Positions 46,015-59,370 of a DNA stretch of 64,000 nt are shown here, piece by piece. Source of the stretch: Tricharina praecox (taxonomy: Eukaryota); assembly GCF_024521635.1 (NCBI RefSeq), contig NW_026250431.1, positions 124,001 through 188,000 on the forward strand. The letters are read 5' to 3'. The notes beneath the pieces are model-generated. The model saw only the letters and a list, made by a program, of their open reading frames with translations. It was not told the origin of the DNA and made no database searches. Both the position numbers and the translations under genes were made by a program. Every line of letters begins with the position of its first letter. Position 1 is the first letter of the stretch.

Positions 46015-47749
46015 TGTTTCGTCTTCGATGATTCCTGTGATGGGTGCAAGAGAGGAGAAGGTGGTGAATCCCCGGGGTCAACGAGGGAAAATTAGGTGGG
46101 GGAAAAAGAGTGAGTGGAAGTGGGAGTGGGAGAAAGGATTGTTGGTAGGTAGGAGGAGTGAAGTGTAAGGAAGAGAGAGAACAGGAACGGTTTCCCGGAG
46201 GTGTTGTAGATGCGGCTCTTAACCAAAACAGGACGCTTGGAGAGGCAGCGACGCCCACAACCCACCACCAGCTTGAATACAATGCTCGAAACCCCTCAGA
46301 AATCTTTGAGACTATTAAAAGTGCATTCTTATACAGGTTCTGTGTATCTGGTCTCATTAAATATCATTTGTGAAGGGTAAAAGTTTCGGCATACGATGTC
46401 ACTCGCATGGAAACTCTAGACGACTGGGTGACTAGATGGGCAAGATCGGCTTGGCTGGCTGCAGCCTCGTGGTTTCGGCTGAAAGCTCGCGCTAGGGAGA
46501 TTGATTGTGCGCTCTAAGAAACGTCACGTATTGTGAAATGCAGAAACCGAGGGCAGTGCGTAAGTACTCGGATCCATGGAGACAAAAGACGGGGCAAAAA
46601 AACAGAAGAAAAGGCGAGCGAAGAGCGAGACGGGTGGAAGGACGAAGAAATGAAGATCAGGGAAAGCAAAGTGAGTAGTTTTGACCGTTTGAAATTGGCC
46701 AACCGGCTGCAGACTAATACTTACAACAGAGCGGTGGTGACTGGCCCCACGAGAACCGTTAGACTTGGCCAGGCCTCCGAACGGAGTACATGGGAAATAA
46801 AGGCCAGTCCTTGCCGGGAGGAGAGAGTAACGGCTATGAGAGGTGTGCTACAGAGAGCAAGGAGCGGTGGCCAGGATCGCAGGCAAGTACCCGCTCATCC
46901 CGCAGTCCATTTTCCTTTGCTGGCAGACTATCATATCATCTCCTTCTGTTGGTACGATATTGGCTCAGGGTAGCTCATCGTTGGCCCCTTTTATTTGCTA
47001 TAAAGGTCCCTGATAGTCCCTTTTCCCGTCGCCAGAATGAGAAAACTAACAGCCAGCAGCGCGTATCCCTGGGGCGGGTGTACCAGACCGGCAGAGCAAT
47101 CTCGACACGTTTTTCGCCTGCAGTAACTGAATGCCGCGATACAGCCATGTACAACGGCAACATGTGGCCGTTTGCGATCGAACTTGGTGCTACGCTTCAC
47201 TTTGCACATTCGCGGGCGCATGCGGCATTAGGGGGCAGGTATCGCGGAAGGAATGCGAACTCGCGCCCTGGACGCATAGGATCTCCTGCTACACGAGGTA
47301 GCTCGTACCCAGGCTGCCACCGAAGGTCTCCTCGGATTCGATCCGTTATTGGCGGGAGGCGCAAGAATTCATCGCTGCTCTTCGTCATCCGATCACCAAC
47401 GCAAACTGGTTCGCTGCCGCTTTCCCGCCGCAAATTGAGCCTCGTCCCACATACTTCTCGGATATGGCACTGCCCAGTCTACAACGTCGTCGGTTTGGAG
47501 CGTGTACCTCCGTCTGCATCTGTCGATTGTTAATGCGAGGCCTCCAGCTGAAGAAATCGGGAGGACTGTGTCCGAATTAATCCCTAGGGAGTCGGAATTG
47601 GCTTTGCGCCTCAGTCAGCAACACAACTCGTCAGGTTATTGGGCTATATGACGGAGAAGATATGGAATTCAACTCCATCCGTCTGAGGGAGGACAATATT
47701 GTCCGACGCGACCGAGTATGTGCGGGAATAGGTTATGCCCGACTGCCCT

Positions 47750-48669
47750 GATCACGTCACCAACTCGCTCACGTTTGCTCACTCGTTTTACCCAATCCTC
47801 CAAAAGAGTTCTCAGAGCTCGCACTTATTCTCCACCATCTATTGTTACTACGATGAGTGAGAAAATCGACAAGCTCCCAGAGGAGAACCAGGAACTCCGG
47901 GCGCAAGCACAAGCGGTGCTAGCTTCACAGCGGCTGCCGTCTCCTGCATCGACGCCGCCTCCTGCATCGACGCCTCCTGCATCGACACCACCTAAGCGGC
48001 CAAAACGGAAATTGACGGGACCTCAAACACCCCATCAGCTAGCGAAGCAGCTAAGGATCACCTCTCCGACATCGACTCTCATGCACTCAGAGCATGCCGA
48101 TGTGAATACCGAGCCCAAGAAACCCCTACCGCCAACATCGGCCGCGGCCCCCGGGCCCGCACCTCTCCATGGTGAGGTGGATGAGGGATGGAAGAAGGTT
48201 GAGAGGAAGCGAAAAGGAAAAGGGAAGGGAGGGAAGAGAGGGGTATGATTTGGAAGAGAGGAAAGCGTCCCGTCGTGGGTTGATAATGCTCGCGGCAGGG
48301 GAGGCGTATATGTGACCGTCCTCATCGGCGGGAGCAGGAATGCCGGGCCGCAAAAGTCACGCATGCCCCATTTCAAGGATTCGGAAAACCTTCAAACGAA
48401 GGAACAGAGGGCAGGGGGGAAGAGCGGGCGATTGACCTGTAGGGGAGAGAGGAGAGGTGGGAAGAGGCGGGCACGCAGGCCCATTTCAGTCTTTACCGTG
48501 TATCTACATATCTGGGACAGGCCGGGGCGGAGGGCAGGGAAAGTCACATCGGGCTGCTCGGTGCAAGCCGGGCTGGACAGTGGCGCGGAAACGAGGGGGT
48601 GGGGGGTTAACGGGGTGATATTGCCATGATCTATTTAGGTCGCAAGCAATTACTGGTTCAACAAAAAAA
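47750..48669 (+). mobile_element. Internally deleted LINE relic: ORF1-like start joined to an A-type 3' tail
   Basis: ORF from ATG ~47853 (coiled-coil, Pro-rich, GWKKVERKRK) resembles fungal LINE ORF1 N-termini. Conserved tail at 48519-48669. Confidence 0.6.
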
Positions 48670-50144
48670 GACGATTACCAGGAGGGAGGGTGGGTGGTAT
48701 GGACGGTTGCGGTGGGCTTGCACCTTATATTCGGATGTAATTCAGTTCGTGCTTCGCTTGGTCATGCTGAATTTGTTTGGTGAGTTTGCGTAGTTGCTGA
48801 GAAAATCCACAGGGCCGTTCGCGATATCAAGAGCAGACCAGACAGCCCTCTACTAGGTATAGCGACGGCCTACCGCCAAAAATTGTCTAGGTGACAGGTT
48901 ACGTGCAATAAGGAAGAGAAACAACCGAAGTCTCCCCCACGTTCGCGAAGTTGAAGGTTTCGGAAGTTGGATCAAGTTAACGCACGTTCGCATCTAGCAT
49001 TACATTATACCGGCGGCTATTGAGACCACGCGTTGATAAAAGCTACGATTCAGAAAGCAAAAAAAAACGCCTTCACCGCCGTGACTCTATCGATCTAAAC
49101 AGCTGATGGTTTACAAAAAATATATAGCGACACTCACTGCGAGCTACCCGTCCCTGTCCTGCGTGTAGTCCACACAGCTCTTGCAGGAAAAGAGCGTGCT
49201 ATAGCGCCGGAGGGCATGTATAAAGGTTTCCCGAGAAGCAGGAGAGGTAAAAGTTCTGTCACCGGGAGGATAAACAGATCTGGAGGCTGTCTACGCTTCG
49301 CGGGAGGTTTCTCGTCGCCTGCGGTGGTGTCTGACGTCTTGATCCAAATTCCCCAAACCCAAGTCCATCGCTTCAATTATCTCTATGTGTTTGCATACCT
49401 ATTCTAGTGACAACTCGGTTATGCGATTCATACAAAGTCATTCGCGCTGTTGTCGAATTGAGTCTGCGTCTTGGTTTGTCCTTCGGGAGTGTCCACCAGC
49501 CATTAGTATTGGTACAGCCACCACAGCCACCCACCGCGACCGTGCCTACCAGTAGTTGCATTATTTACCGCCATTTTCCTGTTTAGTAATATTAAGTGAC
49601 ATTAAAGTTTCACGTTGCCGCCTAACTTACTAGATCGTTGCATGGGTATTCGGACAGGCTGAAATAGGGGCTTAGCCTTGTAAGCACCTTTTGCTTGTGA
49701 GGTGTCTCCGGCGCCGGCAGCTTCCAACCATCAACCATTAAATAGAAATGATCAGACGAGTGATAATCTTCTCACTGCGTCTCCACTCAGAATTCTCCTT
49801 TTTAAAATAGACCATATAAGCTCTATGGTATTGAAATCTGGAGAATTTGGTGGCCAATCCACTCCGAGCTCTGACGCTTTTCAGCCTCGTTTTAGCGCCC
49901 AGAAGAGGGGCCACATTTTCAGCCTGTCCGAATACCCATGCAACGATCTAGTAGAGTACATCTTTGGTAGGTGCTGACCACATCTTCCGGAGATGGTTAA
50001 AGTCGGCAGAGCCGCATACGTGAGCATGAGCTATCGCACGTGCAGATTCCCCCTCCATCTCACCCACCCACCCACCGACATAATCACCACGAACTCCGCC
50101 AGCCTCCTGTCGATCACTCTCCCTACCGGCCTACAACACGCGCA

Positions 50145-50815
50145 ATGCAAGCACCTATCCAATCCACCCGGGCCCAGAGCTTCGACGAGATCTACGGTCC
50201 ACCAGAGAACTTTCTAGAGGTCGAGGTGCGTTCGCGATAACGCAGCTACTTGGCCGCGTAACGCTGCACACTCCTAGGACGTCCTCCACTAAAGCAATCC
50301 CGTCGCAGGTCAAGAACCCACAAACCCACGGGTTCGGTCGCAAGATGTTTACGGATTACGAAGTGGTCTGTCGGGTATGTGCGCTCCTTCCCCCCGCGCT
50401 CCCAGGCTCCAGCATGCTGACTGGTTCGTTTTTCTAGACGAACATTCCGGCCTTCAAAGTTCCGCTCCCTTTCCTCCTCCTCCCCGTCATCGCGCCGTCC
50501 GAACCACTCGCGCTAACTGCTGCACCTCGTTCGCTCGACACACAGCTCAAGTTCTCCAGTGTCCGCCGACGATACAGCGACTTTGAGCACTTCCGCGAAG
50601 TGCTCGAGCGTGAATCCTCGCGCGTCACCATTCCTCCGCTCCCCGGCAAAGTGTTCACCAATCGTTTCTCCGATGACGTGATCGAACACCGACGCGAGGG
50701 ACTTCAGAGGTTCCTGCAGATCGTCGTGGGACATCCGCTGCTGCAGACGGGGAGCAAGGTGCTCGCGAGCTTTGTGCAGGATCCTAATTGGGATCGCTCT
50801 TCGTGGTCGATGTAG
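50145..50815 (+). CDS. SNX3: Sorting nexin-3 (PX domain), 4 exons (50145-50225, 50309-50374, 50438-50458, 50546-50815), 145 aa
   Basis: [97 protein letters not shown]. Confidence 0.96.
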
Positions 50816-53364
50816 TCACGGTAAACTGACTGATGATTGCTGTGGTAACTCAGACCTGTATTTTCTCCCTGGTTTTGGTCTTTACCTTGCGTTTTGCTAT
50901 GCTGCTACTCTGAGGAGTTTTGTGATTCGGCGATGATGGACTCCTTTACGATCCTTCTTTCTTCACTTTTCTTCTATGCTATCAATCGGCGTACTTCTTT
51001 TTTGATGTTTCATTCCCGTCTTCTTTTCTGCTCTTTGTCGACTCACGAAGCCTCGGAAGGATGGTTATCTCAGTCTTAGCTGGTTTTCTGTTGCTTTACC
51101 CCGCCGTACTTGTATGTATGCATGGTGGCCCGCGCTGGCGGTTGTCTTTATGAAGAATCAGGAGCTACTGTGATGAGTCCTCGCAAGCCTACAGGCCCTC
51201 GGCTATCCTCCGTTAGACACCTTCACACTTGAGTCCTTATAATACAACAACTGCCTCTCCCCATCGGCCCCGCACCCGTAGCCCGTGGCTCGCATAATCC
51301 CACTAACGACCGTTGCCAACCCCATAGTTATCCCGCATTCTTAGGCTTGTCACGTCGGCCGCCTAGGGGCACAAGCGTCGTCACGAACGCGGCGTTTTTT
51401 CTCCGGTCTACAGACATTTCAGGACACGAGGGCGGAGTCGGCATTCACCAGCACTGCCGTCGCAAACGCGATTGCCCCAATTAGCTCCGCGAAGACGGAG
51501 GAGTCGGAAACGCGAACCTAATGCCACTCTGGTATCTCGGCCGCCAACCCCATAGTTAGCCCCTAACCTTCCGCAGCAAGTATCTAGCACACCCGAACTT
51601 TCGCGTACGGATATCACCCTTCCCTTCACCTTGCCCCCGTCCCGTTGACCTCGATCCTACACCACACGCCCTCCCTTCACGTCCAACACGCTGTTCCTTG
51701 GCCGAAACAATCCCATAAGTCCGTCGATGGATACGTAGCGCGCATCTTCGCGTAGGAGAGCGTTGCGGTGGAATGTCGCGTCGTGGAGGGAGATGTAGAT
51801 AGCTGTTGTGCCGGCGGGGAGCGAGACCAGGGACTGGGTGTGCCAGCTTCCTGAGGCGGCCGGGGCGCTGGTGATTAATCCGAGCGACGAGGGACAGGAG
51901 CATTGGGGGCTTAAGGGGCTCGGAGAGAAGCGTGTTTAGGGCGGACGGGTGGACGGGTGGATGTGGCCCATGGGAAGGCTGGAGGGCTGAAGGGGCGATG
52001 CCACGGTTCGGGGTCACGCACGTGCAAGGGCCGTGTGGTGATGGGAGATAAGATTAGATTTAAAGATAGCGATAAGATTGCAGCGGCAACGAAGCCCTCA
52101 CTCGGTTCTCGAATAAGCCCACTTTGCTTTTGGTTCCGTATTGGAGCTTAAACAACATTGCCGTGGAAGAGTTGGGAGCAGCGGCAGTTTTAGATTGGTT
52201 ACATCTGAAAAGTGCACCTTCTAGAGGGAAAAATCCGCAATCCTCGTGGTCGACTATCCAACCACCACATGCTCAATCGAGAAGTCTAAGCCACATTGCT
52301 GCATCGATAAGACCATACAATGGTGGGAACCAAACCTGGTAGATCGGAGTAGTCGTTGTTTTCCGCCTGTAGATATATTGTCCACGATTTGTGCCGGAGA
52401 TCAAAGGGTGGTACGATGGTACCCGTTGTCCACCTGTAGGTTGGCTGTTTATATCTCCGCGGAAGCTACGTCAGCACGATGTAGTGCATCAACCGAGTAG
52501 GCTATAAGATTCTGAGACTCGGGGCATATGCCAGCTCCCCACTGACGAAATGCTAACGCCTCGAACGAACCTTGACCTGGAAACAAAAGCGGAAGCAGGT
52601 GCTGACAGAGAATGTCTATGGCATCGGTAGCCAGAACGTGGAAAGACCTAGGCCGCAGTGAGGGGAAGGACACGCTAGATGGAATCGGACAGAAAAGATG
52701 CTGCGTGTTGGGGGGTCCGTAATTAGGCTGTATCCTAGAGAGGAGAGTGAGCGGAGGCTTTAGCAGGGCGTACTTGGGAGGGGGTGCGGAATTGCTCTTG
52801 CATTCATTCCAGGTTTTCTTTCCTCTCCATATGCCATACTGCGTGGTGTTTGTGTGGATTTGCTTTGAGTTCAGTAACTGTAATCAAAATTGCGTATTGA
52901 CAGAACTGTATTCTCGGGGCCTGGAAGTTTAAGCTTACCGGTGTATGAGGCAATCGTAATCCTTGAATGTGGGTGTGGAAAGGTTGATCCCAAAGATACA
53001 ACGTGGAAAGAACGTGGGGAGCTTCGCATGCAGCTCTCAGCCAAAATACTCCACCGTGCTAGGACTAACTAGTGGGCTACAGCCTCAGCCTCAGACTCAG
53101 CCTGGTTCTTTGTGCCTGCTTTCATCCACTCGCTCCGGCTGGCCTCGCTCCAACCACAGCCAACCGTACCGTATTTCTCCTTCAAGTCACAGCCCTACAC
53201 AAACACTTGCCCACAACACTTCCTCCCGTACCTACGACACTTCCTCACCCACAACGACTCCTTACGCACAACACTTGCGTTCCCACGCACTGTGTTTGCT
53301 TTGGAAGGTGCCCGTCTCCACCGACCAATCGATACCAACCGCTCTTTCGACTTCAACCCCCGAT

Positions 53365-54012
53365 ATGCAGGCCATCTTCGAAAGCACCACCAGCACCTCG
53401 GCCTCCCCGCAGAGTCGTCCGGTCGAACCACCGGAGCGTGCAGAGTCAGTGAGCACGGAAAGCAGCGAATTCGCGCAGCCGTGGTTCGACACCACCGGAT
53501 ACCTGCCACACTGGTTCCAAGACGGCTCGCTCCAGTACAAACTCCGTCGCGATCGCCACCACGCCCGCCAGCCCTTTGCGCTGCATCCCCCGGTGCAGGC
53601 CGCCCCCTCCACCGCCCCCGCCACCGCCAAGGACCTCAAGAAAGAACGCCGCAGAAGTCGCAAGAAATCGGCAGCCGCCGGTGAACCCGCGGGCACGGAC
53701 AAGAACCCGCAGCAGCAGCCGGCGAAGACTGGTACCCAGAACTCTACCGGCAACCGTTTCAGGCGGGTCAAGAAGGTGGAAGTCGTGCGGCAGTATTCAA
53801 TCTTGAGGAAGGATGACCGCTTTTACCAGGGCTTTCTGCCGACCGACTTTGTGGGCTGGGGACAGAACGGGGAAGACGACCCGTACGCTCCTGGGTGCTG
53901 GGATTCGTCCGACGAAGAGGCCGAAGGCAGTCAGTCTGAGCACGACGGAAAGAAAGGTGGAAGCTCTACGGAGGACGAAGACGGAAGCTTGACGGGCAAG
54001 TTCTTGTGGTAG
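53365..54012 (+). CDS. Hypothetical low-complexity basic/acidic protein (~215 aa)
   Basis: ATG at 53365 inside a long ORF, C/G-ending codon bias, NLS-like KKERRRSRKK and acidic C-terminus. Confidence 0.55.
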   Translation: MQAIFESTTSTSASPQSRPVEPPERAESVSTESSEFAQPWFDTTGYLPHWFQDGSLQYKLRRDRHHARQPFALHPPVQAAPSTAPATAKDLKKERRRSRKKSAAAGEPAGTDKNPQQQPAKTGTQNSTGNRFRRVKKVEVVRQYSILRKDDRFYQGFLPTDFVGWGQNGEDDPYAPGCWDSSDEEAEGSQSEHDGKKGGSSTEDEDGSLTGKFLW

Positions 54013-54766
54013 GATGGTGGTGGGCGCTCTGTCGGCAAGTTTGGGTGTTGGAAAGGGTGGTTTCAAGTTGTCCTGCGAAATCTATCCTTTGTTGTAGCCC
54101 ATTTGTTTGGGTGTTAGAAATGGTGGTTTCAGGTTGCGCTGCGAAATCTATCGATCATTTTTTGTACCTAGCCTATTTTCACGATCGATAGGAGTAACGT
54201 TTTCAGTTTTTTTGCTGCTTTCCCATGCTTGAAAAGAGATGTGATGAATATGCCGGCAGTGAGTCGGGACGACGAAAAATGATGGTAACACCCACGGGAC
54301 GAGGCAGTTGGAAACATATTTGCATACCGCTTTTTACATACGTCTCTGATGCCAGTACACGTACTGTAGATTCGCCTAGATGCCGTACAAGATATATGGA
54401 AACCTCCGCTTCACCTTACCCATCACTCTCTCCCCAGCCGGATACCTTCCTTTTTTTTGCTTTGTGAGGACTTAGGCTCTTGCAGTAATAGGACTGTGTT
54501 GGGAGGGCCATCAGGCAAAGTTCTTCACGTAGAGAGGGGTTTTGTCTCCAGGTAACCAAGCACAAAGGTACATCTTCAACCGTTTCGACACTCTTCACGC
54601 ATGCACACAGACAACAGTATTTTTATTTCTCGCGCTGCGACAGACAGCATGGAGATGACCGGATGAGCCATGATCTGTAGCAACAACGACGTAGGAACGC
54701 ATAACGACCCTTCCCATCTTGCACCAAATCTCCAGCAATTCCTCTCGCAACATTCGTCCCGCGCAG

Positions 54767-55180
54767 CTATCTTCCCTCGCGAAGCCGCTCCATCGCGTCA
54801 TTCAAGGCCTGAAGGTCCTCCTTTTGCTGCTGAATCATCCGACTTTGATCTTCGATCATGTCATCATGCCTCGCCAGCTGCTCTATCAAATCCTCAATCT
54901 CCTTTCTGCGGCCCGGCGGCAACGCCCGTTTGAGTTTGAATGTCTTCTTGATTTCTTGAATTACAACCTCCATCTCGGCCAAGTTCCTCTTCATCGCGCG
55001 TAAAGGATTACCACCAGCAGCTCTTCCGACACCTGGTGCGGCATTCTCGTCAGTTCGGATCGACTTGGAAGGAGAGTTGGGGGAGTTACTGCCGCCGCCG
55101 GTAACAAGGAGAGTGCTGGTTGGTTCGTCGCTAGTTGGTTCCTCGCTGTTTGATAAGTCGCTGAAGGTTAGTTTCGGCAT
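54767..55180 (-). CDS. Hypothetical coiled-coil protein (~137 aa)
   Basis: ACCATG start, Ser/Pro-rich N-half and heptad-like C-half (IEDLIEQLARHDDMIEDQSRMIQQQKEDLQAL). Confidence 0.55.
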   Translation of the reverse strand: MPKLTFSDLSNSEEPTSDEPTSTLLVTGGGSNSPNSPSKSIRTDENAAPGVGRAAGGNPLRAMKRNLAEMEVVIQEIKKTFKLKRALPPGRRKEIEDLIEQLARHDDMIEDQSRMIQQQKEDLQALNDAMERLREGR

Positions 55181-57452
55181 GGTGTTTCTTGGTGGGGTTG
55201 CTGAAGATGTGATGGGTGGTTTCGAGGTGTAGAGGACGGAGACTTTATTCGGCCCTTGCATGTCGTGCGGCGGGACGATAGGGCTCACCACCCAGGTATC
55301 CCGTGACATAATCAGCTTTCACATCCGCTCCAGAGTCCAATACTTTCTTTCCTGCCATCTCTTTGTTCCAACACCAGCCGACGGGCGCTTTATTTATTCT
55401 GGCCACCGTGGCCATACTTCTTGTCACCTTTACTTCTCTCTCCATTTTTTTTGTTTGAATGCACTGAACTCTATGTATTTATTGGCCAAAACTGCACAAA
55501 TGTGGCTGTTTTGCACGAGATGCCTCACGATCACGACAGGGTTCAGCGACTACCGAACCTCCTCATCCTCACCGGTCCCTGCTGTTCCTTCCTGCCCCAT
55601 CCGCCCCCTCTACTATATACTCGCCAAAAATTCAGCACCGAGACATCCTCTCCAGCACAGACAACTCCTGTCCCCATCTTTCTACACACATACGCACTCG
55701 AAATTCGGGGCTCAGGTTCGACACCGACAACCTTTCGAACTCCTCACCTTTGATTCTGGGACGGAAATATCAGTCAACAGGATTCTTACATCTGAGGTAT
55801 GTACTCGGTCAGAAGATCTCAAAAGAGCCTACGATCCGTGGTACTAACTCGCCCGAAGGCTATCAATCGGATTCCAAGACCTATGGTACTCGGTTGGAGG
55901 ATCTCACGAAAGCCCACCATCCCCGGTATTCACTCGAGTGATCAACCGGATTCCCAGGCCTTTGGTACTCAGATGGAGGCCTGCCAGCCAGACTGTCAGA
56001 TCTTTGGTTTTGAGGAAAGGTCCGTTTGCCAGATCTTTGGTGTTGAGGAAAGGTCCGTCGTTCACCACATAAAGCTCCAACCTCCTGCTAAGAAGCATAC
56101 AGGCTTGAGATGGTGACCGCGGGGGAGCAGGCGATTATCCCTCTGGCTTCTGCACCGCTGCAAGTGCCAGAGGTTAGTCTCCTCTCCCTTTCCCACCTTA
56201 CTATCGCGGTTGTCAGCTAATTTTCCCATATTGTAGGTTCTTCGCTCTTCTTTTTCCTAGAAACCGAGCTCCAAAGACATTTATTTCCTGTTATTCATCA
56301 ATAACTTTTCTTGCTGAATCGTGCTCGCATTCATGCCATCCAAGATGCTTTTTTTTCTATTTCCTTTCTTGTCCAAATGCCATCAGACGAGTGACTCATC
56401 CGATGCCGGGCTCCTTGTGGTAGCCTCGTCTACTGCGCCCTTTTCCTAAGCACCAGAGAGTAAATGTGCTTATAATGCGGAGGTGTATATACATGCATCC
56501 ACCAACAATGTTTTGAAGTTTGTACTTAGGCTGCGAGAGCCGAGTGATGGTAGGTGAATCGATATATCTTCTTCTCGATACCGACCTGAGTCTGTATTTC
56601 CGTCTAATCGTCCGCGAGTCTCGCAACCGGCTCTCGGTGTTATCCGCTGATCTACTGCCAACCATGATGTTAAGCGGAACAACCACAATCCCATCGGCGC
56701 CGCCGTTATGGCCACATTTCGTGATCGACCGAGGGTGCAGTCTTTACGCATCTTCTTTACGCATACTGTTTACGTCTAAGCGCTAAGCCGCGGCTGGAAC
56801 TACTTTCGTTTAGTGGTGGCGATGAGACATCTCGATGGTAAAAGGTGAGCTCGATGGCATATCGTCCGACCAAAGTTGGGTGGAAACATACACCCGCTCA
56901 GATAACGACCCGAGAGTGGGCCACCACTGTAGTCGTTCCTGCTATTCGATATGAAGAACCACATCTGGATGCTTGCAGAGCTTTGAAACGGTCTAAAATG
57001 ACTCCTTTTTGTGACGGTTTCAATCCGGTGCTAGCTCATCCAAGAGCGTTTCTGGCGGGCGGCTCTGTCGCGGTTTGTTAGCGAAGCGATTGCTACCAAG
57101 CCTTCCGCAAGGGTGCCTACTTGTTTTGGAAGCCACACCCGGATCCCGTGACTATCACATCCAGCTACTCCTAGATCCCGTGACTATACAGCCAGCTACC
57201 ACCAGCTCCGGACAACAAACTCACGACATCGAACAACCCCGGCCACCATAACCGCTTTCTCCAGTCACCATTCCCCTCCCGACAAATCGCCTCCTCCGCG
57301 GCCTTAAGGCCATCAAGGTTGTGATATATCGAGCCAGATTTCTTGAAGTGAGTTCTTCCCTACTTCCAGTATTTCTGATCCAGCGAGAGAGACACGGGGA
57401 AGAGTAAACTAATCTACGGCGTCGGCACCAGAACTGGGAAACAGTAACCAAT

Positions 57453-57710
57453 ATGGCCGCACACCATGATATCGGCACTATGATCGCCATTGGTATCCTC
57501 GCCTCTAGTTTCGTCGTCGGGGTTATTATTCGTTGTGGGTTTCTGGTTCGAGAGAAGATGCAGCGTCAACAGGGGCCGGACCTGGAGGCCCAGGCGATGC
57601 AGTTCCGCCTGGAGGCGATCATTGCCGAGCAGAACCGGAGCCCCGGACGCACCGAGCATTTGCCAGTTTTCGCTGGTCCGACCGAGAGCCCTCTGTACTA
57701 CCACTCATAA
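57453..57710 (+). CDS. Small single-pass membrane protein (85 aa)
   Basis: One hydrophobic segment (MIAIGILASSFVVGVII) followed by a charged tail. Confidence 0.4.
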   Translation: MAAHHDIGTMIAIGILASSFVVGVIIRCGFLVREKMQRQQGPDLEAQAMQFRLEAIIAEQNRSPGRTEHLPVFAGPTESPLYYHS

Positions 57711-59370
57711 ACGCTTAGGTCAATCTCTTCTCCCTAACAGGTAGCCGTTCGATGGGGAGGAGCAAGGCTGACAAAGTGCTCTGTAGATATCATTCCCTTC
57801 CCAGGTATTTCGGGTGGCTTCACATTTTAGGGGTGGATCTCAAAGGCTGGGAGGATGTTGGAAGCATGAATGGCATTTTCTTAGGGACCTCAAAGTAGAT
57901 TATGACAATCGTTCGGACTCTTCACATTCTGCAACGTGATACTATCCTCCTCATGTGTCCGATTACATCTCTACCACTCGCCACTCCGACTACAAATACT
58001 ATCGATCGTTCCTATGGAATACACTAAGACACCGGTTGACCGCCCCCCGCTGGGCAGCATATCTTTCAGTGACATGCCAGCTGAATTTGATCCGTGGTGA
58101 TGATGGTCTGGAGGATGGTCTCATTGCCGGAGCACCTCCGACTGCTATCTCGATAGGGGTTCTGTACATGGAGGGGGTCTGACCGCCTTGATGAGGCCAC
58201 AACCAAGCAACATCTTTTTCTCTCTCTATGATTCCAACACATGCCAATTGATCCCACATCTAATTGTCAGTGCCCTCTTCGGCATAGCCGGAGAAATGCC
58301 AGTATCTCTCCCTCCGCCACCTCGCCGTGACCAATCTTTCTGGCGAAGGAGAGCGGTTGGACGAATTTTGACTCCACGGAATCTACCTCCGGGGATTCGC
58401 AGGGAATGGATAATATCAGCCGAATCACGGTGAGGAAAGCCCTGGGCTCCATAAGACGCCCCCTGAACTTTCAATTTTCGGCTTGTAGACTTTCCGGCAT
58501 CGAGAAACACTCGGTTGAGACAACGTCTACTCGAGACGCGAGAGGGTGAGACTAGTTACGAGAGAGTGCATCCGCACAGCCAGCCGTCCATGGAGTATCC
58601 GGTGAATAATTTGAGAAGTTACAACACGGCTGGCATGACCGGCTGCTCGCGATCCGAATGTCTTAGTCGGTCGATCTTCTAAAGCTCTGAAGATACTTCG
58701 CAAGGTGCCTAGCTGAGGGTGGTTGCTATGGGCGGTATAGCCTTCCTCCACCCTGAATGCAGCAAAGATGATACAACGTGAATTGCACTATAATGTAGAT
58801 ATAGACGATTCTCCACCAATCCATGGCTCATCACTCGGTAGACCTAGGTAATGCTTTCCAGCAGCTTGAAATCCGGCTGCCAATAGGCCGATGCGACAAG
58901 AGGTTGATGTTATCTCTATCCAACTGCCAATTTACACGGCCATAGTCTAGAGGCCAGATGTGAGTATGATAAAAATTCGACCACAAAGTGCCGTCATCAG
59001 CGTGCAATATCCAGTATGTTTGCGATGATGGCGTGAATACACCCTCTGCGGGGTGAGTACACTTTCTGCGGCGTAACTACAAATGGAGTAGTACTATTAC
59101 TTTTTCAGCAGTGCGGCTCCGTACTCGGTTCGCAGGGTAGGAATCCTTTCCCATCTCCAGCTCATTGAAAGTGCGATACACAAATGTTGACCTCCCACGT
59201 AACTACCCGTGACTGCGAGATTTCGCCGACGCTAGCGGGAACGTGACCGTAGTTCCCCTAGAATGATCGACGCTAGCGCACAAACCTTAACTATAAATTG
59301 ACCTGGCTCCAACGACCCAACCCAGAACATCCTCATCTTTGAAACACTCATCCTCTCCAATCATCGAACA

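Noticed and set aside
54035..57200. Small local tandem duplications (54035-54150, 55770-56060, 57140-57200; also 1759-1812, 2950/3150, 3860-3990)
   Set aside because: Two- to three-unit slippage duplications with no sign of function.
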